Origin: Nemertoderma westbladi
Taxonomy: Eukaryota; Animalia; Xenacoelomorpha
NCBI GenBank assembly: GCA_032718475.1
Contig: JAUCBJ010003088.1
Coordinates: 8,473 to 72,472 of the forward strand
DNA length: 64,000 bases
Direction of reading: 5' to 3'
The notes under the pieces were generated by a model, which saw only the letters and a program-made list of their open reading frames with translations, did not search any database and was not told where the DNA came from. Both the position numbers and the translations under genes were made by a program. Positions 1 through 13,300 of the stretch are shown piece by piece; position 1 is the stretch's first letter, and every line of letters starts with the position of its first letter.

Positions 1-138
1 TAAAGAAAGACTATTTTGTATTATATTGCACTAAAGAAAGACTATTTTGTATTGTATTGCACTAAAGAAAGACTATTTTGTATTGTATTGCACTAAAGAA
101 AGACTATTTTGTATTATATTGTACTAAAGAAAGTCTAT
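1..138. repeat. 31-bp AT-rich minisatellite, about 4.4 copies visible, probably truncated by the window start
   Basis: Unit TAAAGAAAGACTATTTTGTATT(A/G)TATTGCAC starts at 1, 32, 63 and 94, with a partial copy at 125. Confidence 0.95.
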
Positions 139-1300
139 CTCTGTTATATTTGAATTCCACGTAAATGTATGGTATGTTTATTTACTACATTTATTTTCTC
201 AATACATTTTATTGATAAGATACAAACATCTAAAAATTATATTAAGTAGAGAATTTTGATTCAGATAAAGTTTAATCTTACTTAATCAGTCTTAATTTTA
301 TATTATAACTCGAAGTATCCGTTGTAGTATGTCTTACCTATATCCTAATTATAAATATATTACTTGTGCAATATGTAAAAATAATTACGCCGTGTATATT
401 TGTTGTCAGTCGTGAATTTGAGAAAATTCACTGGTGGTGGGTGTAAGCGCGTATTATTTACGTTATACTGTTTCGGGATAACATTATTGATGGCAGTTTA
501 ATCTAATTAGTATATTTACGTAAGTTATCAAAATAGTTAATGTTATTAACCAAGTTTACAGTCTAACTTACTTTGTGGCTCGCCCCATAGGCAGGATCGT
601 TATCTGCTTGCATTATTATACTGTATGTAGCCCATTGTATTATTGCAAATAGAACATATCATGTTCATTTACTAGACGTAAGATGGCGTATTGCTAGCTG
701 ATATATATAGGCATGACACAGCAGTGTTAGAACCATTATTACTACTATTATTATCATTGTTATCTGATATCTGACTTCCGGTGGCAGTGTGACATTCAGT
801 ATTTTGATGGTACCGGTAGCGGTAATATGAATCCGTCAATGTATATGGAGTAGCCGGGCCTATTTCGGGCTGTTGGCCGGTTCAGTCTGGGATGTGATAG
901 GGCTAGTTTGCGCTAGGGTTTCACGGGATTATTTATATTGTGGGGGGCTTATTTTATATGGTACGGTATCAAAATTAAAAATACTATAATGTTCAATGTA
1001 TTGTGGTAATTATTGTGATACGTAACAAAGCCCCACAGTTTTATTTAGTGCTATTGCAAATGATATTGCTAATGTTATTGCTATTGCTATAAATTACTAT
1101 AAATTGCTGTACATCGTTTTATATTCGAGTAATAATTTCGTAATTGCATTTCAGTATTTGATTGACATGACATATTAAACGTAAAATAAATAAGAAAGTT
1201 TTGTATGAAACTTGAGCATTTCAAAAGCATCTAACTCTCAATTAAAAGAGGGGAAAAACAAGGGGTTTTTATTCGATGTCCATGTGACGCCTTAACGCGC
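139..1300. other. Non-coding AT-rich flank of the satellite array
   Basis: No ORF of 60 aa or more in the track; low-complexity (CTATTG)-like stretch near 1050-1110; abrupt transition into the satellite at about 1301. Confidence 0.7.
716..735 (+). repeat. Isolated partial satellite-like monomer in the flank
   Basis: ACACAGCAGT-GT-TAGAACCA matches 1303-1320 (ACACAGCAGTTAGAACCA) at all 18 positions, with a 2-nt insertion. Confidence 0.5.
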
Positions 1301-4300
1301 TCACACAGCAGTTAGAACCAGTACTCCTATATGGAGTCCATCATACAGCAGTTAGAACCAGTACTCCTATATGGAGTCCCATCATACAGCAGTTAGAACC
1401 AGTACTCCTATATGGAGCATCAATCAGCAGATAGAACCAGGAACCAGTACTCCTATATGGATTCCATCATACAGCAGTTAGAACCAGTACTCCTATATGG
1501 AGTCCATCAATCAGAAGTTAGAACCAGTACTCCTATATGGATTCCATCAATCAGCAGTTAGAACCAGTACTCCTATATGGAGTCCATCATACAGCAGTTA
1601 GAACCAGTACACCTATATGGAGTCCATCATACAGCAGTTAGAACCAGTACTCCTATATGGAGTCCATCATACAGCAGATAGACCCAGTACTCCTATATGG
1701 AGTCCATCAATCATAAGTTAGAACCAGTACTCCTATATGGAGTCCATCATACAGCAGTTAGAATCAGTACTCCTCAATCAGCAGTTAGAACCAGTACTCC
1801 TTTATGGAGTCCATCAATCAGAAGTTAGAACCAGTACTCCTATATGGAGTCCATCAATCAGAAGTTAGAATCAGTACTCCTCAATCAGCAGTTAGAACCA
1901 GTACTCCTTTATGGAGTCCATCAATCAGAAGTTAGAACCAGTACTCCTATATGGAGTCCATCATACAGCAGTTAGAATCAGTACTCCTCAATCAGCAGTT
2001 AGAACCAGTACTCCTTTATGGAGTCCATCAATCAGAAGTTAGAACCAGTACTCCTATATGGAGTCCATCATACAGCAGTTAGAACCAGTACTCCTATATG
2101 GAGTCCATCATACAGCAGTTAGAACCAGTACTCCTATATGGAGTCCATCATACAGCAGTTAGACCCAGTACTCCTATATGGAGTCCATCAATCATAAGTT
2201 AGAACCAGTACTCCTATATGGAGTCCATCATACAGCAGTTAGAACCAGTACTCCTATATGGAGTCCATCATACAGCTGTTAGAACCAGTACTCCTATATG
2301 GAGTCCATCATACAGCAGTTAGAACCAGTACTCCTATATGGAGTCCATCATACAGCAGTTAGAACCAGTACTCCTATATGGAGTCCATCATACAGAAGTT
2401 AGAACTAGTACTCCTATATGGAGTCCATCATACAGCAGTTAGAACCAGTACTCCTATATGGAGTCTATCATACAGCAGTTAGAACCAGTACTCCTATATG
2501 GAGTCCATCAATCATAAGTTAGAACCAGTACTCCTATATGGAGTCCATCATACAGCAGTTAGAACCAGTACTCCTATATGGAGTCCATCATACAGCTGTT
2601 AGAACCAGTACTCCTATATGGAGTCCATCATACAGCAGTTAGAACCAGTACTCCTATATGGAGTCCATCATACAGCCTATATGGAGTCCATCAATCAGAA
2701 GTTAGAACCAGTACTCCTATATGGAGTCCATCAATCAGAATCAGAAGTTAGAACCAGTACTCCTATATGGAGTCCATCATACAGCAGTTAGAACCAGTAC
2801 TCCTATATGGAGTCCATCAATCATAAGTTAGAACCAGTACTCCTATATGGAGTCCATCATACAGCAGTTAGAACCAGTACTCATATATGGAGTCCATCAT
2901 ACAGAAGTTAGAACCAGTACTCCTATATGGAGTCCATCATACAAAAGTTAGAACCAGTACTCCTATATGGAGTCCATCATACAGCAGTTAGAATCAGTAC
3001 TCCTATATGGAGTCCATCATACAAAAGTTAGAACCAGTACTCCTATATGGAGTCCATCAATCATAAGTTAGAACCAGTACTCCTATATGGAGTCCATCAA
3101 TCATAAGTTAGAACCAGTACTCCTATATGGAGTCCATCATACAGCAGTTAGAACCAGTACTCCTATATGGAGTCCATCATACAGAAGTTAGAACCAGTAC
3201 TCCTATATGGAGTCCATCATACAGCAGTTAGAACCAGTACTCCTATATGGAGTCCATCAATCAGAAGTTAGAACCAGTACTCCTATATGGAGTCCATCAT
3301 ACAGCAGTTAGAACCAGTACTCCTATATGGAGTCCATCATACAGCTGTTAGAACCAGTACTCCTATATGGAGTCCATCATACAGCAGTTAGAACCAGTAC
3401 TCCTATATGGAGTCCATCATACAGCAGTTAGAACCAGTACTCCTATATGGAGTCCATCATACAGAAGTTAGAACTAGTACTCCTATATGGAGTCCATCAT
3501 ACAGCAGTTAGAACCAGTACTCCTATATGGAGTCTATCATACAGCAGTTAGAACCAGTACTCCTATATGGAGTCCATCATACAGCTGTTAGAACCAGTAC
3601 TCCTATATGGAGTCCATCATACAGCTGTTAGAACCAGTACTCCTATATGGAGTCCATCATACAGCAGTTAGAATCAGTACTCCTATATGGAGTCCATCAT
3701 ACAACTCCTATATGGAGTCCATCATACAGCAGTTAGAATCAGTACTCCTATATGGAGTCCATCATACAGCAGTTAGAACCAGTACTCCTATATGGAGTCC
3801 ATCATGCAGCAGTTAGAACCAGTACTCCTATATGGAGTCCATCATACAGCAGTTAGAACCAGTACTCCTATATGGAGTCCATCATGCAGCAGTTAGAACC
3901 AGTACTCCTATATGGAGTCCATCATACAGCAGTTAGAACCAGTACTCCTATATGGAGTCCATCATACAGCAGTTTGAATCAGTACTCCTATATGGAGTTC
4001 ATCAATCAGCAGTTAGAACCAGTACTCCTATATGGAGTCTATCAATCAGAAGTTAGAACCAGTACTCCTTTATGGAGTCCATCATACAGTAATTAGAACC
4101 AGTACTCCTCAATCAGCAGTTAGAACCAGTACTCCTTTATGGAGTCCATCAATCAGAAGTTAGAACCAGTACTCCTATATGGAGTCCATCATACAGCAGT
4201 TAGAACCAGTACTCCTATATGGAGTCCATCATACAGCAGTTAGAATCAGTACTCCTATATGGAGTTCATCAATCAGCAGTTAGAACCAGTACTCCTATAT

Positions 4301-7300
4301 GGAGTCTATCAATCAGAAGTTAGAACCAGTACTCCTTTATGGAGTCCATCATACAGTAATTAGAACCAGTACTCCTCAATCAGCAGTTAGAACCAGTACT
4401 CCTTTATGGAGTCCATCAATCAGAAGTTAGAACCAGTACTCCTATATGGAGTCCATCAATCAGAAGTTAGAACCAGTACTCCTATATGGAGTCCATCAAT
4501 CAGAAGTTAGAACCAGTACTCCTATATGGAGTCCATCATACAGCAGTTAGAACCAGTACTCCTATATGGAGTCCATCAATCAGAATCAGAAGTTAGAACC
4601 AGTACTCCTATATGGAGTCCATCATACAGCAGTTAGAACAAGTACTCCTATATGGAGTCCATCATACAGCAGTTAGAACCAGTACTCCTATATGGAGTCC
4701 ATCATACAGCAGTTAGAACCAGTACTCCTATATGGAGTCCCATCATACAGCAGTTAGAACCAGTACTCCTATATGGAGCATTAATCAGCAGATAGAACCA
4801 GGAACCAGTACTCCTATATGGATTCCATCATACAGAAGTTAGAACCAGTACTCCTATATGGAGTCCATCAATCAGAAGTTAGAACCAGTACTCCTATATG
4901 GATTCCATCAATCAGCAGTTAGAACCAGTACTCCTATATGGAGTCCATCATACAGCAGTTAGAACCAGTACTCCTATATGGAGTCCATCATACAGCAGTT
5001 AGAACCAGTACTCCTGTATGGAGTCCATCATACAGCAGTTAGACCCAGTACTCCTATATGGAGTCCATCAATCATAAGTTAGAACCAGTACTCCTATATG
5101 GAGTCCATCATACAGCAGTTAGAACCAGTACTCCTATATGGAGTCCATCATACAGCAGTTAGAACCAGTACTCCTATATGGAGTCCATCATACAGCAGTT
5201 AGACCCAGTACTCCTATATGGAGTCCATCAATCATAAGTTAGAACCAGTACTCCTATATGGAGTCCATCATACAGCTGTTAGAACCAGTACTCCTATATG
5301 GAGTCCATCATACAGCAGTTAGAACCAGTACTCCTATATGGAGTCCATCATACAGCAGTTAGAACCAGTACTCCTATATGGAGTCCATCATACAGAAGTT
5401 AGAACTAGTACTCCTATATGGAGTCCATCATACAGCAGTTAGAACCAGTACTCCTATATGGAGTCTATCATACAGCAGTTAGAACCAGTACTCCTATATG
5501 GAGTCCATCAATCATAAGTTAGAACCAGTACTCCTATATGGAGTCCATCATACAGCAGTTAGAACCAGTACTCCTATATGGAGTCCATCATACAGCTGTT
5601 AGAACCAGTACTCCTATATGGAGTCCATCATACAGCTGTTAGAACCAGTACTCCTATATGGAGTCCATCATACAGCAGTTAGAACCAGTACTCCTTTATG
5701 GAGTCCATCATACAGTAATTAGAACCAGTACTCCTCAATCAGCAGTTAGAACCAGTACTCCTTTATGGAGTCCATCAATCAGAAGTTAGAACCAGTACTC
5801 CTATATGGAGTCCATCAATCAGAAGTTAGAACCAGTACTCCTATATGGAGTCCATCAATCAGAAGTTAGAACCAGTACTCCTATATGGAGTCCATCATAC
5901 AGCAGTTAGAACCAGTACTCCTATATGGAGTCCATCAATCAGCAGATAGAACCAGGAACCAGTATTCCTATATGGATTCCATCATACACCAGTTAGAATC
6001 AGTACTCCTATATGGAGTCCATCATACAACTCCTATATGGAGTCCATCATACAGCAGTTAGAATCAGTACTCCTATATGGAGTCCATCATACAGCAGTTA
6101 GAACCAGTACTCCTATATGGAGTCCATCATGCAGCAGTTAGAACCAGTACTCCTATATGGAGTCCATCATACAGCAGTTAGAACCAGTACTCCTATATGG
6201 AGTCCATCATACAGCAGTTAGAATCAGTACTCCTATATGGAGTTCATCAATCAGCAGTTAGAACCAGTACTCCTATATGGAGTCTATCAATCAGAAGTTA
6301 GAACCAGTACTCCTTTATGGAGTCCATCATACAGTAATTAGAACCAGTACTCCTCAATCAGCAGTTAGAACCAGTACTCCTCAATCAGCAGTTAGAACCA
6401 GTACTCCTTTATGGAGTCCATCAATCAGAAGTTAGAACCAGTACTCCTATATGGAGTCCATCATACAGCAGTTAGAACCAGTACTCCTATATGGAGTCCA
6501 TCATACAGCAGTTAGAATCAGTACTCCTATATGGAGTTCATCAATCAGCAGTTAGAACCAGTACTCCTATATGGAGTCTATCAATCAGAAGTTAGAACCA
6601 GTACTCCTTTATGGAGTCCATCATACAGTAATTAGAACCAGTACTCCTCAATCAGCAGTTAGAACCAGTACTCCTTTATGGAGTCCATCAATCAGAAGTT
6701 AGAACCAGTACTCCTATATGGAGTCCATCAATCAGAAGTTAGAACCAGTACTCCTATATGGAGTCCATCAATCAGAAGTTAGAACCAGTACTCCTATATG
6801 GAGTCCATCATACAGCAGTTAGAACCAGTACTCCTATATGGAGTCCATCATACAGCAGTTAGAATCAGTACTCCTATATGGAGTTCATCAATCAGCAGTT
6901 AGAACCAGTACTCCTATATGGAGTCTATCAATCAGAAGTTAGAACCAGTACTCCTTTATGGAGTCCATCATACAGTAATTAGAACCAGTACTCCTCAATC
7001 AGCAGTTAGAACCAGTACTCCTTTATGGAGTCCATCAATCAGAAGTTAGAACCAGTACTCCTATATGGAGTCCATCAATCAGAAGTTAGAACCAGTACTC
7101 CTATATGGAGTCCATCAATCAGAAGTTAGAACCAGTACTCCTATATGGAGTCCATCATACAGCAGTTAGAACCAGTACTCCTATATGGAGTCCATCAATC
7201 AGAATCAGAAGTTAGAACCAGTACTCCTATATGGAGTCCATCATACAGCAGTTAGAACAAGTACTCCTATATGGAGTCCATCATACAGCAGTTAGAACCA

Positions 7301-10300
7301 GTACTCCTATATGGAGTCCATCATACAGCAGTTAGAACCAGTACTCCTATATGGAGTCCCATCATACAGCAGTTAGAACCAGTACTCCTATATGGAGCAT
7401 TAATCAGCAGATAGAACCAGGAACCAGTACTCCTATATGGATTCCATCATACAGAAGTTAGAACCAGTACTCCTATATGGAGTCCATCAATCAGAAGTTA
7501 GAACCAGTACTCCTATATGGATTCCATCAATCAGCAGTTAGAACCAGTACTCCTATATGGAGTCCATCATACAGCAGTTAGAACCAGTACTCCTATATGG
7601 AGTCCATCATACAGCAGTTAGAACCAGTACTCCTGTATGGAGTCCATCATACAGCAGTTAGACCCAGTACTCCTATATGGAGTCCATCAATCATAAGTTA
7701 GAACCAGTACTCCTATATGGAGTCCATCATACAGCAGTTAGAACCAGTACTCCTATATGGAGTCCATCATACAGCAGTTAGAACCAGTACTCCTATATGG
7801 AGTCCATCATACAGCAGTTAGACCCAGTACTCCTATATGGAGTCCATCAATCATAAGTTAGAACCAGTACTCCTATATGGAGTCCATCATACAGCTGTTA
7901 GAACCAGTACTCCTATATGGAGTCCATCATACAGCAGTTAGAACCAGTACTCCTATATGGAGTCCATCATACAGCAGTTAGAACCAGTACTCCTATATGG
8001 AGTCCATCATACAGAAGTTAGAACTAGTACTCCTATATGGAGTCCATCATACAGCAGTTAGAACCAGTACTCCTATATGGAGTCTATCATACAGCAGTTA
8101 GAACCAGTACTCCTATATGGAGTCCATCAATCATAAGTTAGAACCAGTACTCCTATATGGAGTCCATCATACAGCAGTTAGAACCAGTACTCCTATATGG
8201 AGTCCATCATACAGCTGTTAGAACCAGTACTCCTATATGGAGTCCATCATACAGCTGTTAGAACCAGTACTCCTATATGGAGTCCATCATACAGCAGTTA
8301 GAACCAGTACTCCTTTATGGAGTCCATCATACAGTAATTAGAACCAGTACTCCTCAATCAGCAGTTAGAACCAGTACTCCTTTATGGAGTCCATCAATCA
8401 GAAGTTAGAACCAGTACTCCTATATGGAGTCCATCAATCAGAAGTTAGAACCAGTACTCCTATATGGAGTCCATCAATCAGAAGTTAGAACCAGTACTCC
8501 TATATGGAGTCCATCATACAGCAGTTAGAACCAGTACTCCTATATGGAGTCCATCAATCAGCAGATAGAACCAGGAACCAGTATTCCTATATGGATTCCA
8601 TCATACACCAGTTAGAATCAGTACTCCTATATGGAGTCCATCATACAACTCCTATATGGAGTCCATCATACAGCAGTTAGAATCAGTACTCCTATATGGA
8701 GTCCATCATACAGCAGTTAGAACCAGTACTCCTATATGGAGTCCATCATGCAGCAGTTAGAACCAGTACTCCTATATGGAGTCCATCATACAGCAGTTAG
8801 AACCAGTACTCCTATATGGAGTCCATCATACAGCAGTTAGAATCAGTACTCCTATATGGAGTTCATCAATCAGCAGTTAGAACCAGTACTCCTATATGGA
8901 GTCTATCAATCAGAAGTTAGAACCAGTACTCCTTTATGGAGTCCATCATACAGTAATTAGAACCAGTACTCCTCAATCAGCAGTTAGAACCAGTACTCCT
9001 CAATCAGCAGTTAGAACCAGTACTCCTTTATGGAGTCCATCAATCAGAAGTTAGAACCAGTACTCCTATATGGAGTCCATCATACAGCAGTTAGAACCAG
9101 TACTCCTATATGGAGTCCATCATACAGCAGTTAGAATCAGTACTCCTATATGGAGTTCATCAATCATCAGTTAGAACCAGTACTCCTATATGGAGTCTAT
9201 CAATCAGAAGTTAGAACCAGTACTCCTTTATGGAGTCCATCATACAGTAATTAGAACCAGTACTCCTCAATCAGCAGTTAGAACCAGTACTCCTTTATGG
9301 AGTCCATCAATCAGAAGTTAGAACCAGTACTCCTATATGGAGTCCATCAATCAGAAGTTAGAACCAGTACTCCTATATGGAGTCCATCAATCAGAAGTTA
9401 GAACCAGTACTCCTATATGGAGTCCATCATACAGCAGTTAGAACCAGTACTCCTATATGGAGTCCATCAATCAGAATCAGAAGTTAGAACCAGTACTCCT
9501 ATATGGAGTCCATCATACAGCAGTTAGAACAAGTACTCCTATATGGAGTCCATCATACAGCAGTTAGAACCAGTACTCCTATATGGAGTCCATCATACAG
9601 CAGTTAGAACCAGTACTCCTATATGGAGTCCCATCATACAGCAGTTAGAACCAGTACTCCTATATGGAGCATCAATCAGCAGATAGAACCAGGAACCAGT
9701 ACTCCTATATGGATTCCATCATACAGCAGTTAGAACCAGTACTCCTATATGGAGTCCATCAATCAGAAGTTAGAACCAGTACTCCTATATGGATTCCATC
9801 AATCAGCAGTTAGAACCAGTACTCCTATATGGAGTCCATCATACAGCAGTTAGAACCAGTACTCCTATATGGAGTCCATCATACAGCAGTTAGAACCAGT
9901 ACTCCTATATGGAGTCCATCATACAGCAGTTAGACCCAGTACTCCTATATGGAGTCCATCAATCATAAGTTAGAACCAGTACTCCTATATGGAGTCCATC
10001 ATACAGCAGTTAGAACCAGTACTCCTATATGGAGTCCATCATACAGCAGTTAGAACCAGTACTCCTATATGGAGTCCATCATACAGCAGTTAGACCCAGT
10101 ACTCCTATATGGAGTCCATCAATCATAAGTTAGAACCAGTACTCCTATATGGAGTCCATCATACAGCTGTTAGAACCAGTACTCCTATATGGAGTCCATC
10201 ATACAGCAGTTAGAACCAGTACTCCTATATGGAGTCCATCATACAGCAGTTAGAACCAGTACTCCTATATGGAGTCCATCATACAGAAGTTAGAACTAGT

Positions 10301-13300
10301 ACTCCTATATGGAGTCCATCATACAGCAGTTAGAACCAGTACTCCTATATGGAGTCTATCATACAGCAGTTAGAACCAGTACTCCTATATGGAGTCCATC
10401 AATCATAAGTTAGAACCAGTACTCCTATATGGAGTCCATCATACAGCAGTTAGAACCAGTACTCCTATATGGAGTCCATCATACAGCTGTTAGAACCAGT
10501 ACTCCTATATGGAGTCCATCATACAGCTGTTAGAACCAGTACTCCTATATGGAGTCCATCATACAGCAGTTAGAACCAGTACTCCTATATGGAGCATCAA
10601 TCAGCAGATAGAACCAGGAACCAGTATTCCTATATGGATTCCATCATACAGCAGTTAGAATCAGTACTCCTATATGGAGTCCATCATACAACTCCTATAT
10701 GGAGTCCATCATACAGCAGTTAGAATCAGTACTCCTATATGGAGTCCATCATACAGCAGTTAGAACCAGTACTCCTATATGGAGTCCACCATGCAGCAGT
10801 TAGAACCAGTACTCCTATATGGAGTCCATCATACAGCAGTTAGAACCAGTACTCCTATATGGAGTCCATCATACAGCAGTTAGAATCAGTACTCCTATAT
10901 GGAGTTCATCAATCAGCAGTTAGAACCAGTACTCCTATATGGAGTCTATCAATCAGAAGTTAGAACCAGTACTCCTTTATGGAGTCCATCATACAGTAAT
11001 TAGAACCAGTACTCCTCAATCAGCAGTTAGAACCAGTACTCCTTTATGGAGTCCATCAATCAGAAGTTAGAACCAGTACTCCTATATGGAGTCCATCATA
11101 CAGCAGTTAGAACCAGTACTCCTATATGGAGTCCATCATACAGCAGTTAGAATCAGTACTCCTATATGGAGTTCATCAATCAGCAGTTAGAACCAGTACT
11201 CCTATATGGAGTCTATCAATCAGAAGTTAGAACCAGTACTCCTTTATGGAGTCCATCATACAGTAATTAGAACCAGTACTCCTCAATCAGCAGTTAGAAC
11301 CAGTACTCCTTTATGGAGTCCATCAATCAGAAGTTAGAACCAGTACTCCTATATGGAGTCCATCAATCAGAAGTTAGAACCAGTACTCCTATATGGAGTC
11401 CATCAATCAGAAGTTAGAACCAGTACTCCTATATGGAGTCCATCATACAGCAGTTAGAACCAGTACTCCTATATGGAGTCCATCAATCAGAATCAGAAGT
11501 TAGAACCAGTACTCCTCAATCAGCAGTTAGAACCAGTACTCCTTTATGGAGTCCATCAATCAGAAGTTAGAACCAGTACTCCTATATGGAGTCCATCATA
11601 CAGCAGTTAGAACCAGTACTCCTATATGGAGTCCATCATACAGCAGTTAGAACCAGTACTCCTATATGGAGTCCATCATACAGCAGTTAGAACCAGTACT
11701 CCTATATGGAGTCCATCATACAGAAGTTAGAACCAGTACTCCTATATGGAGTCCATCATACAGCAGTTAGAACCAGTACTCCTATATGGAGTCCATCATA
11801 CAGCAGTTAGAACCAGTACTCCTATATGGAGTCCATCAATCAGAAGTTAGAACCAGTACTCCTATATGGAGTCCATCATACAGCAGTTAGAACCAGTACT
11901 CCTATATGGAGTCCATCATACAGCTGTTAGAACCAGTACTCCTATATGGAGTCCATCATACAGCTGTTAGAACCAGTACTCCTATATGGAGTCCATCATA
12001 CAGCAGTTAGAACCAGTACTCCTATATGGAGCATCAATCAGCAGATAGAACCAGGAACCAGTATTCCTATATGGATTCCATCATACAGCAGTTAGAATCA
12101 GTACTCCTATATGGAGTCCATCATACAACTCCTATATGGAGTCCATCATACAGCAGTTAGAATCAGTACTCCTATATGGAGTCCATCATACAGCAGTTAG
12201 AACCAGTACTCCTATATGGAGTCCATCATGCAGCAGTTAGAACCAGTACTCCTATATGGAGTCCATCATACAGCAGTTAGAATCAGTACTCCTATATGGA
12301 GTTCATCAATCAGCAGTTAGAACCAGTACTCCTATATGGAGTCTATCAATCAGAAGTTAGAACCAGTACTCCTTTATGGAGTCCATCATACAGTAATTAG
12401 AACCAGTACTCCTCAATCAGCAGTTAGAACCAGTACTCCTTTATGGAGTCCATCAATCAGAAGTTAGAACCAGTACTCCTATATGGAGTCCATCATACAG
12501 CAGTTAGAACCAGTACTCCTATATGGAGTCCATCATACAGCAGTTAGAATCAGTACTCCTATATGGAGTTCATCAATCAGCAGTTAGAACCAGTACTCCT
12601 ATATGGAGTCTATCAATCAGAAGTTAGAACCAGTACTCCTTTATGGAGTCCATCATACAGTAATTAGAACCAGTACTCCTCAATCAGCAGTTAGAACCAG
12701 TACTCCTTTATGGAGTCCATTAATCAGAAGTTAGAACCAGTACTCCTATATGGAGTCCATCAATCATAAGTTAGAACCAGTACTCCTATATGGAGTCCAT
12801 CATACAGCAGTTAGAACCACTACTCATATATGGAGTCCATCATACAGAAGTTAGAACCAGTACTCCTATATGGAGTCCATCATACAAAAGTTAGAACCAG
12901 TACTCCTATATGGAGTCCATCATACAGCAGTTAGAATCAGTACTCCTATATGGAGTCCATCATACAAAAGTTAGAACCAGTACTCCTATATGGAGTCCAT
13001 CAATCATAAGTTAGAACCAGTACTCCTATATGGAGTCCATCAATCATAAGTTAGAACCAGTACTCCTATATGGAGTCCATCATACAGCAGTTAGAACCAG
13101 TACTCCTATATGGAGTCCATCATACAGAAGTTAGAACCAGTACTCCTATATGGAGTCCATCATACAGCAGTTAGAACCAGTACTCCTATATGGAGTCCAT
13201 CAATCAGAAGTTAGAACCAGTACTCCTATATGGAGTCCATCATACAGCAGTTAGAACCAGTACTCCTATATGGAGTCCATCATACAGCTGTTAGAACCAG

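Noticed and set aside
1-138. Relationship of the 31-bp minisatellite to the 40-bp satellite or the LINE
   Set aside because: No alignment is evident by eye.
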